Shown here piece after piece: positions 11,442 to 25,400 of a stretch of 64,000 nt of DNA. Source of the stretch: Oculina patagonica (taxonomy: Eukaryota). A program made the translations under genes and the position numbers. The notes under the pieces were generated by a model that had not been told where the DNA came from, did no database searches, and was given only the letters and a program-made list of their open reading frames with translations. How positions within the stretch are numbered: position 1 is the stretch's first letter; each line of letters starts with the position of its first letter. Location of the stretch: contig NC_135759.1 in NCBI RefSeq assembly GCF_052425735.1, positions 42,532,001 through 42,596,000 on the forward strand. The letters are read 5' to 3'.

Positions 11442-14400
11442 GTAGGCCAAGGATTCGAAGTGGGAGGGGGGGGGGGGGGGGGGGGGGAATTCAAGTCATC
11501 AGCAGGATTAAACAATTTTAATTCTCGATGTGAGTTCTTTTACAGCACAGCAGTAATTTTGGAGCGAGGAAGCTCTGAAAGAACAACCACTGAGTTCGAC
11601 TGTATATTGTGTGTTTGGTTTATAATTTCTTGCTGTTCTGTCAAATTCGCGACATTTTAATATCTGCGGTCCCCAACCCAGACAAAATCTTAATTCAGCC
11701 AGAAGCCATTTAATGAAAAAGCAAGGTTTTTAATAATCTATGAGTATGCTATAATTTGATAAAAAGTTTACGCTAAAATCCGAGCTGTAGAAAATTTTGC
11801 TAGAAAAATTCCAAAAGACGGTAACAATATCTTGTTTTGAGAAGGTTGTACAAAAGATATTGTCTTTTAAAGATAGAGTGACTTCTTTGGCTTGAGCAAT
11901 AAACCTATTTCTGTTCGATAACGAAATATACTTTTCCTTAGCAACTAAGAGATGTGTTTCCCTCACTCGTTTTGCCACAAAAAGGCAAGAGTCGCGCTGA
12001 AATCTGTTGGACTGTATCATGCGCTGAGTCGATCGGAGTATATAGTTAGCGAAAAAGCAACTCAAATACTTTCAAAAGTAGGAGTATGATATATACGTGA
12101 AGTTTTATTTATAAAGCCAGTTTGCATGCAAACAATATCATTAACGCCATCGTTTGTAAGATAATGCTACAGTTCTCGCACACTATTAGCCACGGACGCA
12201 AAGTGGCTCTCGAAAAACCTATATATTATACTATCCCTTCGACAAATTGTCGCGTGTTTTAATATGGTGCACGTGTAAAAAGGTTGATTTGCTACTCCAA
12301 ACGATTCTTTCAAACACAACATATGCGTGTCCGGCGTAATGGTAGCTATAAAAGCAGGCTTGACTATATTGGATTTTATTAGTTACTGAATAGCTTGCCA
12401 CGAGAGGCAAATCAGTTTTATGACTCGATATTGCGTTAGTCTTGGCAGCGATTAGGTACTTGAAACATATATTGTAACTTAGCAAAATATAGAAACTTGA
12501 ATTGATCAATTCTACGTGGTATGAATTAGTAATAAGTTGATCCTGGAAGTTTTGAATAACTTGACCAGATGTTAGCGCTGTTTGTCTTGTCCTTTTCACA
12601 ATGCGTCACACGATTGGTCATTTAGTTTTGTTTTGAAGTTCTTTCACTAATGAAAACTTTGTTATTTATTTGTATTTTCGACCATATTTTGACGCTCCCT
12701 TTCTCCTGTTTTTCAAGTGACTTGTTCGTGTCATATATTGCCTTAGAGCAAAATGTCCGCTCATAGGAAAAGGGTTTTCAAACTCAGTGGAAACAAACAG
12801 AAACCACAACAACCATCGAACTCAAAAGCGCCCCCTAAACAACATATTCAAACAGCAGAAAAGAACATATAGAACTCATTAAGGCAAGATTTCCGCAGAG
12901 TACCCCTACATTAATTATGCATACAAATATTCCATATAATCCTTCACACCCGAACGGCAGTCATGAACAGAACGAGAGTTACAAAATTGTATGCATAATT
13001 AATGTCGGGTCCTCTGCGGAAATCTTTCCCTCATTAAAATCGCCCTCAGCCAAAGTATTACTTTCAAACAACGAATTCAACGGCGAAATCCCGGCTAGCC
13101 TACAACAAAATAATTTGGCAACGCAGCGAAAAGCTAAAATAGCTCGGATATTTTGCTTTTTTTAACTTTGTTTTCTGTTTTTATGGCTTTCCATTCTAAC
13201 ACGTTGAAGTTTGCCCCAATGGGAATAATTAAGGCTTAATTATTCCCAAGAGTTCCGTAGTAACATTCCTCTTAGCTGAATCATACCCTTAACTGTTTGA
13301 ATAATGATAAGTAAGACAGGAACTTTTTAAAGAAGTGTTCTTACTATTGTCTTTCATGTTATGACTCTAGTAAGAAAAAAAACCCAGCCATAATTAAGAA
13401 AACTGTCATTCATTCATTCATTGAAGGCATTAAAATAGGCTTTAGAAACTTTGGATTTGTTCTACTTCGACGTAATTGTAGTTTACATTCGAGCTCGATT
13501 ATTTATGCTTAGAGGTCCTCGTGTTAATCACAGCTTTAGGCGCCCTTTTAATTTTTATAGAAACAAAAAAGTAATAACAAATTTCTTTTAACATCAGGAT
13601 AAAGGGCCCCTGAATACTAATAGCACAGAGGAACAAGACAAACATGTCCATTCTAAGCACCGCAGAGGCCATAAACACGGCGCTCTCCATTTCCGGCGGA
13701 AGGACGAAAGCAAACACAACCATGCCCAGATCAGCCTCGCTTGCACGAAATATTTTTTTCCTGTCTGATTGCGGTCAGTTCTTTAACGCTCGTCGTTTTA
13801 ATCGATAACGCGGCATGCATTTGAAAACGCTGTCTAGAACGGAGCCAGCAGGGAGTTTATTGCCGTTATAACTAAATAATTCAGCGACAATGAGCATGGC
13901 TTATGGTTAACTAATAGCAAAACAATTACATTTCACTGTGTTACCGATTAATTATATTTGACTGTCTGAACCAGTTAATTATGTCTGACTGTCTGATCTC
14001 AATTATAATAAGTATGATTGTATATGAATTGAGCAGGCCCATGCATGAACTGCGGGTAAAATGATGTGAAATTTAAGGAATGATCTCTGACGTATGAGAG
14101 TATGAAATGTGAAGAAGTATGAAATCACCAAAGCTGCAATTGTAGCTCAGTCCCAGGATTTCTATTCGTGGCCGCGTCGCTGGAACGAGGTCGATATAGC
14201 TTCACTTCGAAAGTATTTTTTTCTTATCTGCTTGTATTGTTGGATTAAGATTACCTGGGGAAAAGCTCCTTTTCAGACTTTTCAGCATACCTGACTTCAA
14301 TCACAAGATTTGGATACAATTTTCAGTCTTTATGATCTTTTATTTACAATCAAAACGGAACCGAAAAATCGAATTGGAGACCGTGCGCATAGACGGATAA

Positions 14401-14722
14401 AGTCCGAATTCTATTTGATTGAATAAACAAAGTACTTATACGCTGGCTGTATGCCACGTCTTATGGTAACTGAAGAACCTTATAAAGTTATTCTGAGACC
14501 TCGTGATCAGTGACTGAAAATCGAGGTCTTGTTTGCTTTCTCGGTATATTTGTCTTCGTGATATTTCCCCTTGCGTGCCCGGAGCTAAGTATCTTGCTGC
14601 GCATAATTACCATAATTGAAATTTGTTCAAGCAGGTGTTAAAAGCTGCCCATTTCATTACCGAAGATTATTTTGTACTAGCTTGCATTGTACTGTCGGAC
14701 TGATTGCTAAACCGGTACCACT

Positions 14723-16142
14723 ATGAGTGAAGGTTAGTTTACAACTCTTCTTGGTTTGCTTGCTAATAATCCTCTGTGACCCTCTCTGAAAGTTTTCTTG
14801 ATGCTAGAGTTGAACTTTTCTTAAGGTCACTTAATACAATTATATTCATTGCTTGTTCTAGTTCTAGCCACAGCTAGCCACACATGACCGCGCTCTTGAT
14901 GGAGCAGAAAACATAACTCAGTCATGCTTATACTGCTCATTCTGGTAGTCTTCTTATACTTCGTCTATTCTCGATTCTCGCTATACCACCACAGTTAACT
15001 TCGTTGCCTATACTAAGCCTGTTTCCTTGCATCTTGTATCAATATAACACTAGCATATCGTCCTCAGTGCTTCTAAGTGAACATACATACAAAAAGAACA
15101 AGTGACAATGCAGTTGCACACACAGCCTTTTCACAGACATTGTTTACTGTATATTCAGTTGATTGTAGAAATTGAGTTTTTTTGTTTGATACGGTTCGAG
15201 TATTTGCCCCCGACCACGCTCCACAAGCCAACCGCATTAATTTAGGTCCGCCTCGCAGCACTTGAGATGCTTTAAATAAGTTTGTGTTCGATTTTACTGA
15301 AGTATTTGGTTCCTTTGAAAACTTGGACTAAAGTAAATGATTTGTTTCTATAAACTCTAACTTAGAATAGCGAGAGTGGTGATTACTGTAAAGTAACGTC
15401 GTATTTGTATAAAGCTGGCACAGCTCAAAACACCGCTCAAAAGGAGTTCGAAGGCTAAAGCGTTCAAGCTCGTGAGGTCATTCCGCGTGATGTTTGTAAC
15501 GACTTATCCAAAAACGTTCAGTTTGCTCGCTGTGAAGTTAAACAAAGTGTGAACATGTAGAGTAGAACTGGTCAAGGGCATCTGCCGGTTGGAGTCGAGA
15601 ATTATTTTTCTGTGGAGCGGGATTTCATACTCACTGCTCGGAGAACAAACGTGTTATATTGGAGCACTAAAGTGAAACGATTGAGCTCTTAAGCGTGATT
15701 GATTTAGACTTTGGGCTCGGGAGTCCCGCTTGCAATTGGTCTAAGATCAAGAACTCTGTCTGAAGCCGAGAACCTGACAAAATGCACTTTGTTCTCTGCG
15801 GTAGGGCGTTTAATAAAGTGACTCTGATGAGAGGAGGCCTCATATCATTTACCCTACTTCTGCAGGATTTTACACTGCGTGTAAGATACGTCACGCAAGC
15901 AAAGCCCAAAAAGGCCGTGATGTAATGATATCTCCTAATGACTCACACAGCAGTTTTGTTTTAAACTGTTTTCCGTAGATCCTTGTAAATGTGGTCCGGG
16001 GTATGCCACCCCACTGGACGCCATGAAAGGTCCCAGGGAGAAGATACTTTATTTGCCGTGTATCCGTAGTAACACGGGGATAGAGAAACCCGACTACCTT
16101 GCCACTGTTGATGTAGATCCAGATTCTGCTTCTTACAGCCAG
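14723..16142 (+). pseudogene. SELENBP1: SELENBP1 partial duplicate, copy 2: exon 1 (14723-14732) and exon 2 (15979-16142)
   Basis: Same exons and intact splice sites as copy 1. Confidence 0.75.
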
Positions 16143-19100
16143 GTAGGCCAAGGATTCGAAGTGGGAGCGGGGGGGGGGGGGGGGGAATTCAAGTCATCAG
16201 CAGGATTAAACAATTTTAATTCTCGATGTGAGTTCTTTTACAGCACAGCAGTAATTTTGGAGCGAGGAAGCTCTGAAAGAACAACCACTGAGTTCGACTG
16301 TATATTGTGTGTTTGGTTTATAATTTCTTGCTGTTCTGTCAAATTCGCGACATTTTAATATCTGCGGTCCCCAACCCAGACAAAATCTTAATTCAGCCAG
16401 AAGCCATTTAATGAAAAAGTAAGGTTTTTAATAATCTATGAGTATGCTATAATTTGATAAAAAGTTTACGCTAAAATCCGAGCTGTAGAAAATTTTGCTA
16501 GAAAAATTCCAAAAGACGGTAACAATATCTTGTTGTGAGAAGGTTGTACAAAAGATATTGTCTTTTAAAGATAGAGTGACTTCTTTGGCTTGAGCAATAA
16601 ACCTATTTCTGTTCGATAACGAAATATACTTTTCCTTAGCAACTAAGAGATGTGTTTCCCTCACTCGTTTTGCCACAAAAAGGCAAGAGTCGCGCTGAAA
16701 TCTGTTGGACTGTATCATGCGCTGAGTCGATCGGAGTATATAGTTAGCGAAAAAGCAACTCAAATACTTTCAAAAGTAGGAGTATGATATATACGTGAAG
16801 TTTTATTTATAAAGCCAGTTTGCATGCAAACAATATCATTAACGCCATCGTTTGTAAGATAATGCTACAGTTCTCGCACACTATTAGCCACGGACGCAAA
16901 GTGGCTCTCGAAAAACCTATATATTATACTATCCCTTCGACAAATTGTCGCGTGTTTTAATATGGTGCACGTGTAAAAAGGTTGATTTGCTACTCCAAAC
17001 GATTCTTTCAAACACAACATATGCGTGTCCGGCGTAATGGTAGCTATAAAAGCAGGCTTGACTATATTGGATTTTATTAGTTACTGAATAGCTTGCCACG
17101 AGAGGCAAATCAGTTTTATGACTCGATATTGCGTTAGTCTTGGGAGCGATTAGGTACTTGAAACATATATTGTAACTTAGCAAAATATAGAAACTTGAAT
17201 TGATCAATTCTACGTGGTATGAATTAGTAATAAGTTGATCCTGGAAGTTTTGAATAACTTGACCAGATGTTAGCGCTGTTTGTCTTGTCCTTTTCACAAT
17301 GCGTCCCACGATTGGTCATTTAGTTTTGTTTTGAAGTTCTTTCACTAATGAAAACTTTGTTATTTATTTGTATTTTCGACCATATTTTGACGCTCCCTTT
17401 CTCCTGTTTTTCAAGTGACTTGTTCGTGTCATATATTGCCTTAGAGCAAAATGTCCGCTCATAGGAAAAGGGTTTTCAAACTCAGTGGAAACAAACAGAA
17501 ACCACAACAACCATCGAACTCAAAAGCGCCCCCTAAACAACATATTCAAACAGCAGAAAAGAACATATAGAACTCATTAAGGCAAGATTTCCGCAGAGTA
17601 CCCCTACATTAATTATGCATACAAATATTCCATATAATCCTTCACACCCGAACGGCAGTCATGAACAGAACGAGAGTTACAAAATTGTATGCATAGTTAA
17701 TGTCGGGTCCTCTGCGGAAATCTTTCCCTCATTAAAATCGCCCTCAGCCAAAGTATTACTTTCAAACAACGAATTCAACGGCGAAATCCCGGCTAGCCTA
17801 CAACAAAATAATTTGGCAACGCAGCGAAAAGCTAAAATAGCTCGGATATTTTGCTTTTTTTAACTTTGTTTTCTGTTTTTATGGCTTTCCATTCTAACAC
17901 GTTGAAGTTTTCCCCAATGGGAATAGTTAAGGCTTAATTATTCCCAAGAGTTCCGTAGTAACATTCCTCTTAGCTGAATCATACCCTTAACTGTTTGAAT
18001 AATGATAAGTAAGACAGGAACTTTTTAAAGAAGTGTTCTTACTATTGTCTTTCATGTTATGACTCTAGTAAGAAAAAAAAACCCAGCCATAATTAAGAAA
18101 ACTGTCATTCATTCATTCATTCATTCATTGAAGGCATTAAAATAGGCTTTAGAAACTTTGGATTTGTTCTACTTCGACGTAATTGTAGTTTACATTCGAG
18201 CTCGATTATTTATGCTTAGAGGTCCTCGTGTTAATCACAGCTTTAGGCGCCCTTTTAATTTTTATAGAAACAAAAAAGTAATAACAAATTTCTTTTAACA
18301 TCAGGATAAAGGGCCCCTGAATACTAATAGCACAGAGGAACAAGACAAACATGTCCATTCTAAGCACCGCAGAGGCCATAAACACGGCGCTCTCCATTTC
18401 CGGCGGAAGGACGAAAGCAAACACAACCATGCCCAGATCAGCCTCGCTTGCACGAAATATTTTTTTCCTGTCTGATTGCGGTCAGTTCTTTAACGCTCGT
18501 CGTTTTAATCGATAACGCGGCATGCATTTGAAAACGCTGTCTAGAACGGAGCCAGCAGGGAGTTTATTGCCGTTATAACTAAATAATTCAGCGACAATGA
18601 GCATGGCTTATGGTTAACTAATAGCAAAACAATTACATTTCACTGTGTTACCGATTAATTATATTTGACTGTCTGAACCAGTTAATTATGTCTGACTGTC
18701 TGATCTCAATTATAATAAGTATGATTGTATATGAATTGAGCAGGCCCATGCATGAACTGCGGGTAAAATGATGTGAAATTTAAGGAATGATCTCTGACGT
18801 ATGAGAGTATGAAATATGAAGAAGTATGAAATCACCAAAGCTGCAATTGTAGCTCAGTCCCAGGATTTCTATTCGTGGCCGCGTCGCTGGAACGAGGTCG
18901 ATATAGCTTCACTTCGAAAGTATTTTTTTCTTATCTGCTTGTATTGTTGGATTAAGATTACCTGGGGAAAAGCTCCTTTTCAGACTTTTCAGCATACCTG
19001 ACTTCAATCACAAGATTTGGATACAATTTTCAGTCTTTATGATCTTTTATTTACAATCAAAACGGAACCGAAAAATCGAATTGGAGACCGTGCGCATAGA

Positions 19101-19429
19101 CGGATAAAGTCCGAATTCTATTTGATTGAATAAACAAAGTACTTATACGCTGGCTGTATGCCACGTCTTATGGTAACTGAAGAACCTTATAAAGTTATTC
19201 TGAGACCTCGTGATCAGTGACTGAAAATCGAGGTCTTGTTTGCTTTCTCGGTATATTTGTCTTCGTGATATTTCCCCTTGCGTGCCCGGAGCTAAGTATC
19301 TTGCTGCGCATAATTACCATAATTGAAATTTGTTCAAGCAGGTGTTAAAAGCTGCCCATTTCATTACCGAAGATTATTTTGTACTAGCTTGCATTGTACT
19401 GTCGGACTGATTGCTAAACCGGTACCACT

Positions 19430-22400
19430 ATGAGTGAAGGTTAGTTTACAACTCTTCTTGATTTGCTTGCTAATAATCCTCTGTGAAAGTTTTCTTGATG
19501 CTAGAGTGCAATTAATGTCATTAATTGCTTGCTCTAGTATTCTAGCCACAGCTGGCCACACATGACCGTGCTCTTGATGGAACAGAAAACACAACTCAGT
19601 CATGCTTATACTACTCATTCCGGTAGTCTTCTTTTAGTTCGTCTATTCTTGATTCTCGCTATACCACAGAGACCACTGTGACAGTTAACTTCAGTGTAAC
19701 TTCGTTGCCTATACTAAGCCTGTTTCCTTGCATCTTGTATCAATATAACACTAGCATATCGTCCTCAGTGCTTCAGCTGGTTCTCATATGATCGTCCCGA
19801 TCTTCTTTTTTTTTGGGGGGGTAAGTGAACATACATACAAAAAGAACTAGTGACAATGCAGTTGCACACAGCCTTTTCACAGACATTGTTTACTGTATAT
19901 TCAGTTGATTGTAGAAATTGAGTTTTTTTGTTTGATACGGTTCGAGTATTTGCCCCCGACCATGCTCCACAAGCCAACCGCATTAATTTAGGTCCCGGCC
20001 TCGCAGCACTTGAGATGCTTTAAATAAGTTTGTGTTCGATTTTACTGAAGTATTTGGTTCCTTTGAAAACTTGGACTAAAGTAAATGATTTGTTTCTAAA
20101 CTCTAACTTAGAATAGCGAGAGTGGTGATTACTGTAAAGTAACGTCGTATTTGTATAAAGCTGCCGGGCACAGCTCAAAACACCGCTCAAAAGGAGTCCG
20201 AAGTCTAAAGCTCGTGAGGTTTCGGATATTTGTAACGCCTTATCCAAAAACGTTCAGTTTGCTCGCTGTGAAGTTAAACAAAGTGTGAACATGTAGAGTA
20301 GAACTGGTCAAGGGCATCTGCCGGTTGGAGTCGAGAATTTTTTTTCTGTTGAGCGGAGTTCATACTCACTGCTCGGAGAACAAACGTGTTATATTGGAGC
20401 ACTAAAGTGGAACGATTGAGCTCTAAAGCGTGATTGATTTGGTCTTGGGGCTCGGGAGTCCCGCTTGCAATTGGTCCAAGATCAAGAACTCTGTCTGAAG
20501 CGGAGATCTGAAAAAAATGCACTCTTTTCTCTAGGTAGGGCGTTTAATAAAGTGACTCTGATGAGAGGAGGCCTCATATCATTTACCCTACTTCTGCAGG
20601 ATTCTACTCTGCGTGTAAAATACGTCACGCAAGCAAAGCCCAAAAAGGCCGTGATGTATTGATATCTCCTAATGACTCACACAGCAGTGTTGTTTTAAAC
20701 TGTTTTCCGTAGATCCTTGCAAATGTGGTCCGGGGTATGCCACCCCACTGGACGCCATGAAAGGTCCCAGGGAGAAAATACTCTATTTGCCGTGCATCCG
20801 TAGTAACACGGGGATAGAGAAACCCGACTACCTTGCCACTGTTGATGTAGATCCAGATTCTCCTTCTTACAGCCAGGTAGGCAAAGAAGTCCAGCACTAA
20901 GGGGGAGGATGTGGGTAGGGGTTAGGGGAGAAATTCATTAGTCATCAGCCTTGCTCGCAAGAAATATTTCTTTAACGCTCATCGTTTTAATCGATAACGC
21001 ATGCATTTAAAAGCGCTGTCTAGTAAGAAGGCGAAAACGCATCCACGAAGACGGATTAGTGTGGAGGGCTAGGCCTTAGTTGGTGATTATTTTTCTCACT
21101 CTTCTGCTTGACATTGCAATTACTTAGATAAAAAGAGAATTAAGGTGTTGAGCACCCAAGAAATAAAATTCAAGGCTAAGGCAAAAGGATTGCTATATGA
21201 CGCATGCAGGTAGCATAAAAATAGCCTTGTCTGCCATAGGTGAAAATAATTAGAATAAAAGCAGTTAATCGCCGTTAGAACTAAACAATTAAGCGACAAT
21301 GAGCATGGCTTATGGTTAACCAATAGCAAAACAATTGCATTCCACTGTGTTACCGATTAATTATATTTGAATGTCTGAACCAGTTTATTATGTCGGCCTG
21401 TCTGATATCAATTATAACAAGTATGATTGTATTGGTTGTATATGAATTTTAAAAAGCTGGCTCATGAATGCTGGTAAAAGAGGCCCTGCCAGGAGGGGTG
21501 GGGGTTTCCCGTGTCGCTTGACTAAATTTAAAAATGTGCCGTGTCGCTGTTTTATCAAACTTCGCGTCGCTGTCGGTAGTAAAATTGAAGGAAAATTACT
21601 TGCCTTGTCGGAATTTAAATTTTTCCAAAAGGGTTGTCTTTTGTCGCGAATTTATTTTTTTGTGCTGTCGCTACTTTTTGGGCCATGTCGCTTGCCGAAA
21701 TTTACCCTGGCAGGGCCTCGTAAAATGATGTGAAACTTTAGGAATGATCACCACTTTTGCTTGCAAGTTAATTACGCAATTGCCAAAAAGCCACCAAAAT
21801 CAAGCCTTTTAAACACCTAAACGAGATTTAACTGATGGCACATGATTAGTAACCGTCTTCAAATCAATCTCTGATGTTATTAACAGGTCATTCATCGCCT
21901 GGCAGTTCCTTATTTGGGAGACGAGTTGCATCACAGTGGTTGGAACGCCTGCAGTAGGTCAGTATACTTTAGATATAGGTTGGGATCCCTAAGATCCAGA
22001 GGGTATGGGTGGGCTGTGAGGTATTAGGTCGCGGAGAATTTGCGGGTTTCTCTTCAATCCCCCCAGTCTCTTATTTTCTTTTCAATTCTATTTAAGCCTT
22101 TCAGCAAGTTTTCTTGTTTTTAAGCCTCTTTCTACTGCTCTGAGGCATTGTTCAGATAATCGTGGCCGATAAACAGGACACACATGAGAAAACAAGCTTC
22201 ATTTAATGCGACTTTCAAACTTATTTTTATTTTTACTCTTGTACATTTCAATTCTTTCAGTTGCCATGGAGATCCTAACCAGAAAAGGAACCGCCTCATC
22301 ATGCCGTCACTCAATTCCAGCAGAATTTACATCTTTGACGTAGAAACCGATCCAAAAGCACCTCGCATACACAAGGTATGAAATACAATAGCTTACAGAC

Positions 22401-25400
22401 AGAGCCCCGTTTGTCCAGCAATGAAAAAGCCACTAAGATTTGATCGTATAAACAGAGTGGCATTATAAAAGGAACTCTTGAAGATGAAAATATTAACTTA
22501 CTGAGCTTTTCTTCAGGACGAAAGACGTGCAAGGCCATAATAACGAGGGGCTCGTGAGGGATGCATGGTAGAAGCGGTTGGGGTCGGATTCGACTGTAGT
22601 CTAAAGGCCCGGCCAAACGCACGCAACATTTCAACGCAACACCTCCCAACATTGTTGCGTACAGTATGTTGCAATTGTTTGGCCACCCTGTTGCAACACG
22701 TTGCAACATGTAGGATGATGTTGGACCAAGTTTGAAAATGGTCAAATTTTTCTCACAACATCTCGCAACATTTTTGGATGTTGCATGATGTTGTACTCGT
22801 TTGGCCATGTTCCTGCAACATTGTTGCCCTTGTGCATGCGCACCTGTTTAATTGTGTTATCCAACATACTGCAACATATTGCAACAGGGTGGCCAAACGC
22901 GTGCAACATGTTCTGCAAAACAATGTTGCCATATGTTGCGTTGAAATGTTGCGTGCGTTTGGCCAGAATTTTCGAATTGTCGAGCGCATATTATCGCCAC
23001 AAATAACTTACCGAACAAATAGCTGCATAATGAGTTGCCGACAATAATAGAAAGGAATTTTCCTATAAAATGTTTTAAAAGGCCAAAGCAGTTAAAGTCT
23101 TGTACTGCGAGAGTAGCGGCCTTTTGCGTACTAAACTCGTACTGGTAACAGGCCCGTGAAATCATGCAACTGAATCTTAGGGCCCATTTACATGGAAAGT
23201 GGATGATCCTAGCACAAGGATCATCCTCCTTTCATGTAAAATGGAATGATCCTAGTGCTAGGATCATCCTAGTACTAGGATCATCCGACCGCCATATGTT
23301 TTCAGCTTTCAGTTTACATGTGAATGGTTGCATTTGGCCCTAACGCTAAGATCATCCTAGCGATAGGACCATCCTATCTGAGATGAGGGATGGTCCTAGC
23401 GCTAGGATGATCCTAGCGTTAGGGCCAAATGCAACCATTCACATGTAAACGGAAAGCTGAAAACATATGGCGGTCGGATGATCCTAGTACTAGGATGATC
23501 CTAGCACTAGGATCATTCCATTTTACATGAAAGGAGGATGATCCTTGTGCTAGGATCAAGCTGTATCGAAGCAAACACTTCAGAAGAAAAACGCATCCAA
23601 TGGAAAACAATGCTAAATAAGGCCGCACTGTTTACATTTTCAGCATATTGTACAATGTACAAGTGTTCTGGCAAGCATATGTGTGCAGCCGTCTCCAATA
23701 GAAACATGCACATAAAATTATTAATATTTTAAGCTTATTCCACGACGCTTTGCCACCTTACAGACAAATTAAAAAAACGTTGCCAGCTAATGATTAATTA
23801 CTCACTCTTGATTATGTATTTCATTGGGGAGTACGGACTAAAAAGTGTATATCGTGCCTCTGTAACTTCTGTAATAAGTATCTACGGGTTTGCCGACTAA
23901 AATAACTGACTCACAAGTAGAAGAAAAGAACATTATGCGTTGCTGTATCAAAATAATTATTCCTCACACTGAACTGTATGAGGTGCACCACCCGCCAGTT
24001 ACGATGGAGAAAATATTCAGTGTTGCAGTATTAGAATTGCAGGTTACATCGGACTGTATAAGGTGCGCCACCCGCCAGTTCCGATGGAGAAAATATTAAG
24101 CGACGCAGTATTAGAATTGCAGGTTACATCGGACTGTATGAGGTGCGCCACCCGCCAAAAACTATCATTGTCCACTTAAGGCTGGCTTTTACTAGCAGGG
24201 GTCATGAATGGTCCCTCAAAATGTGGGTTGATTTCGAAATTTTTTGGGGGTTTTTTTTTTTTTTGTTTTTTGGGTTTTTTTTGTTTTTTTTTTTGTTTCA
24301 AAAAAACCTCCGCTCCGCAAAACTTTAGCGATGGAGTCGAACTCGGAGTCGTAATCAGAAGCGCAGAGTGTCACGAACAAGGGAAAATCAAATCAACGGG
24401 TCGTAAGCAGAGTTCCGATTCCCCTTGTGACTCCGTCGCTTCAGTGATCTTGTGAAGACTAAACATTAAGCGGCAAGCAGAAAAGACGCGCTCGGAGTGC
24501 GTGAGAGCTAGCATTGCGATTGCTTCAGTTGTACTTCCGCTTCTGCTTGCGACTCCGACAATCTAGCTTTCACTGTTTCATAAGCGACGGAATCAAAAGC
24601 AGAATCGGAAGGAAATGGAAACGTTCTGATTCTTGATCATTCTTCCAACTCCGATTTCGCAGAGCTTACGATCGATTTGGCTTACGACCCTGATGTTCGA
24701 TTTTCACTAGCTGGTAAGCGCTCTTAAGACTCCAATTCCCACTCCTCGCAGGAAACCAGCCTTGAAAATACTGGCCTTGGTTTTTTTTTTCGATTGCTTT
24801 CTAAGAGGAGATTAACTGATGAAGTATATACGTTTGACCCTTGTTCATCACTTATAGATTGTTGAACCAAAAGAAGTTGCTGAGAAGACAGGCTTGGGTT
24901 ACCTCCATACAGCACACTGTCTGGGGAGTGGAGAGATCATGATAAGCGCCATGGGATCCCCTGAAGGCAAGGAGGAAGGTACATCACGATCGAAATGTAA
25001 AAATTCTAATTTTTTGCAAACACTTGGACAGTGTTGTATCAGCTCTTTTATAAACCTCGTCACCAGGGAAGGCTGGAGTGAGCTGCACCCGCCTTGCATC
25101 CGGCCTCTTTGATAAGTTATTTTTTTTATGAGTTTTGCGCTAGAGGAGCTGCAGCATGTCCCACACAGAGAGAGAAGAGAGAGTTTTTTTTTGGGTTTTT
25201 TGGGAAAAAATAAAAAAAAAAAAACCCTAAGGGCTCTTGACTTTGACATGCATGCTAACAACTCCTATGTCATAAAACCTTGGATTTGCCCTTTGTGGTA
25301 CGGAACATCCCGGTTTGAGCAACGTTTTCCTAAAGCATCGAACTCTGACAATCTCGAACAGTCATGCTTTTTCGCTCTCTGTTTATTTTTAAACTTCGCG

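Larger units (their letters stand above)
9398..21749 (+). repeat. Tandem triplication of the SELENBP1 5' region (copy 1 ~9398-14086, copy 2 ~14112-18793, copy 3 ~18819-21749)
   Basis: Near-identical sequence at ~4700-bp offsets, for example identical ORFs at 10966/15667 and matching ORFs at 9405/14109/18816. Confidence 0.95.

Noticed and set aside
11730-18430. Repeated short ORFs (111, 122, 82, 74 aa) as small genes
   Set aside because: They recur only because of the recent duplication; no recognisable domains, and several use non-ATG starts.
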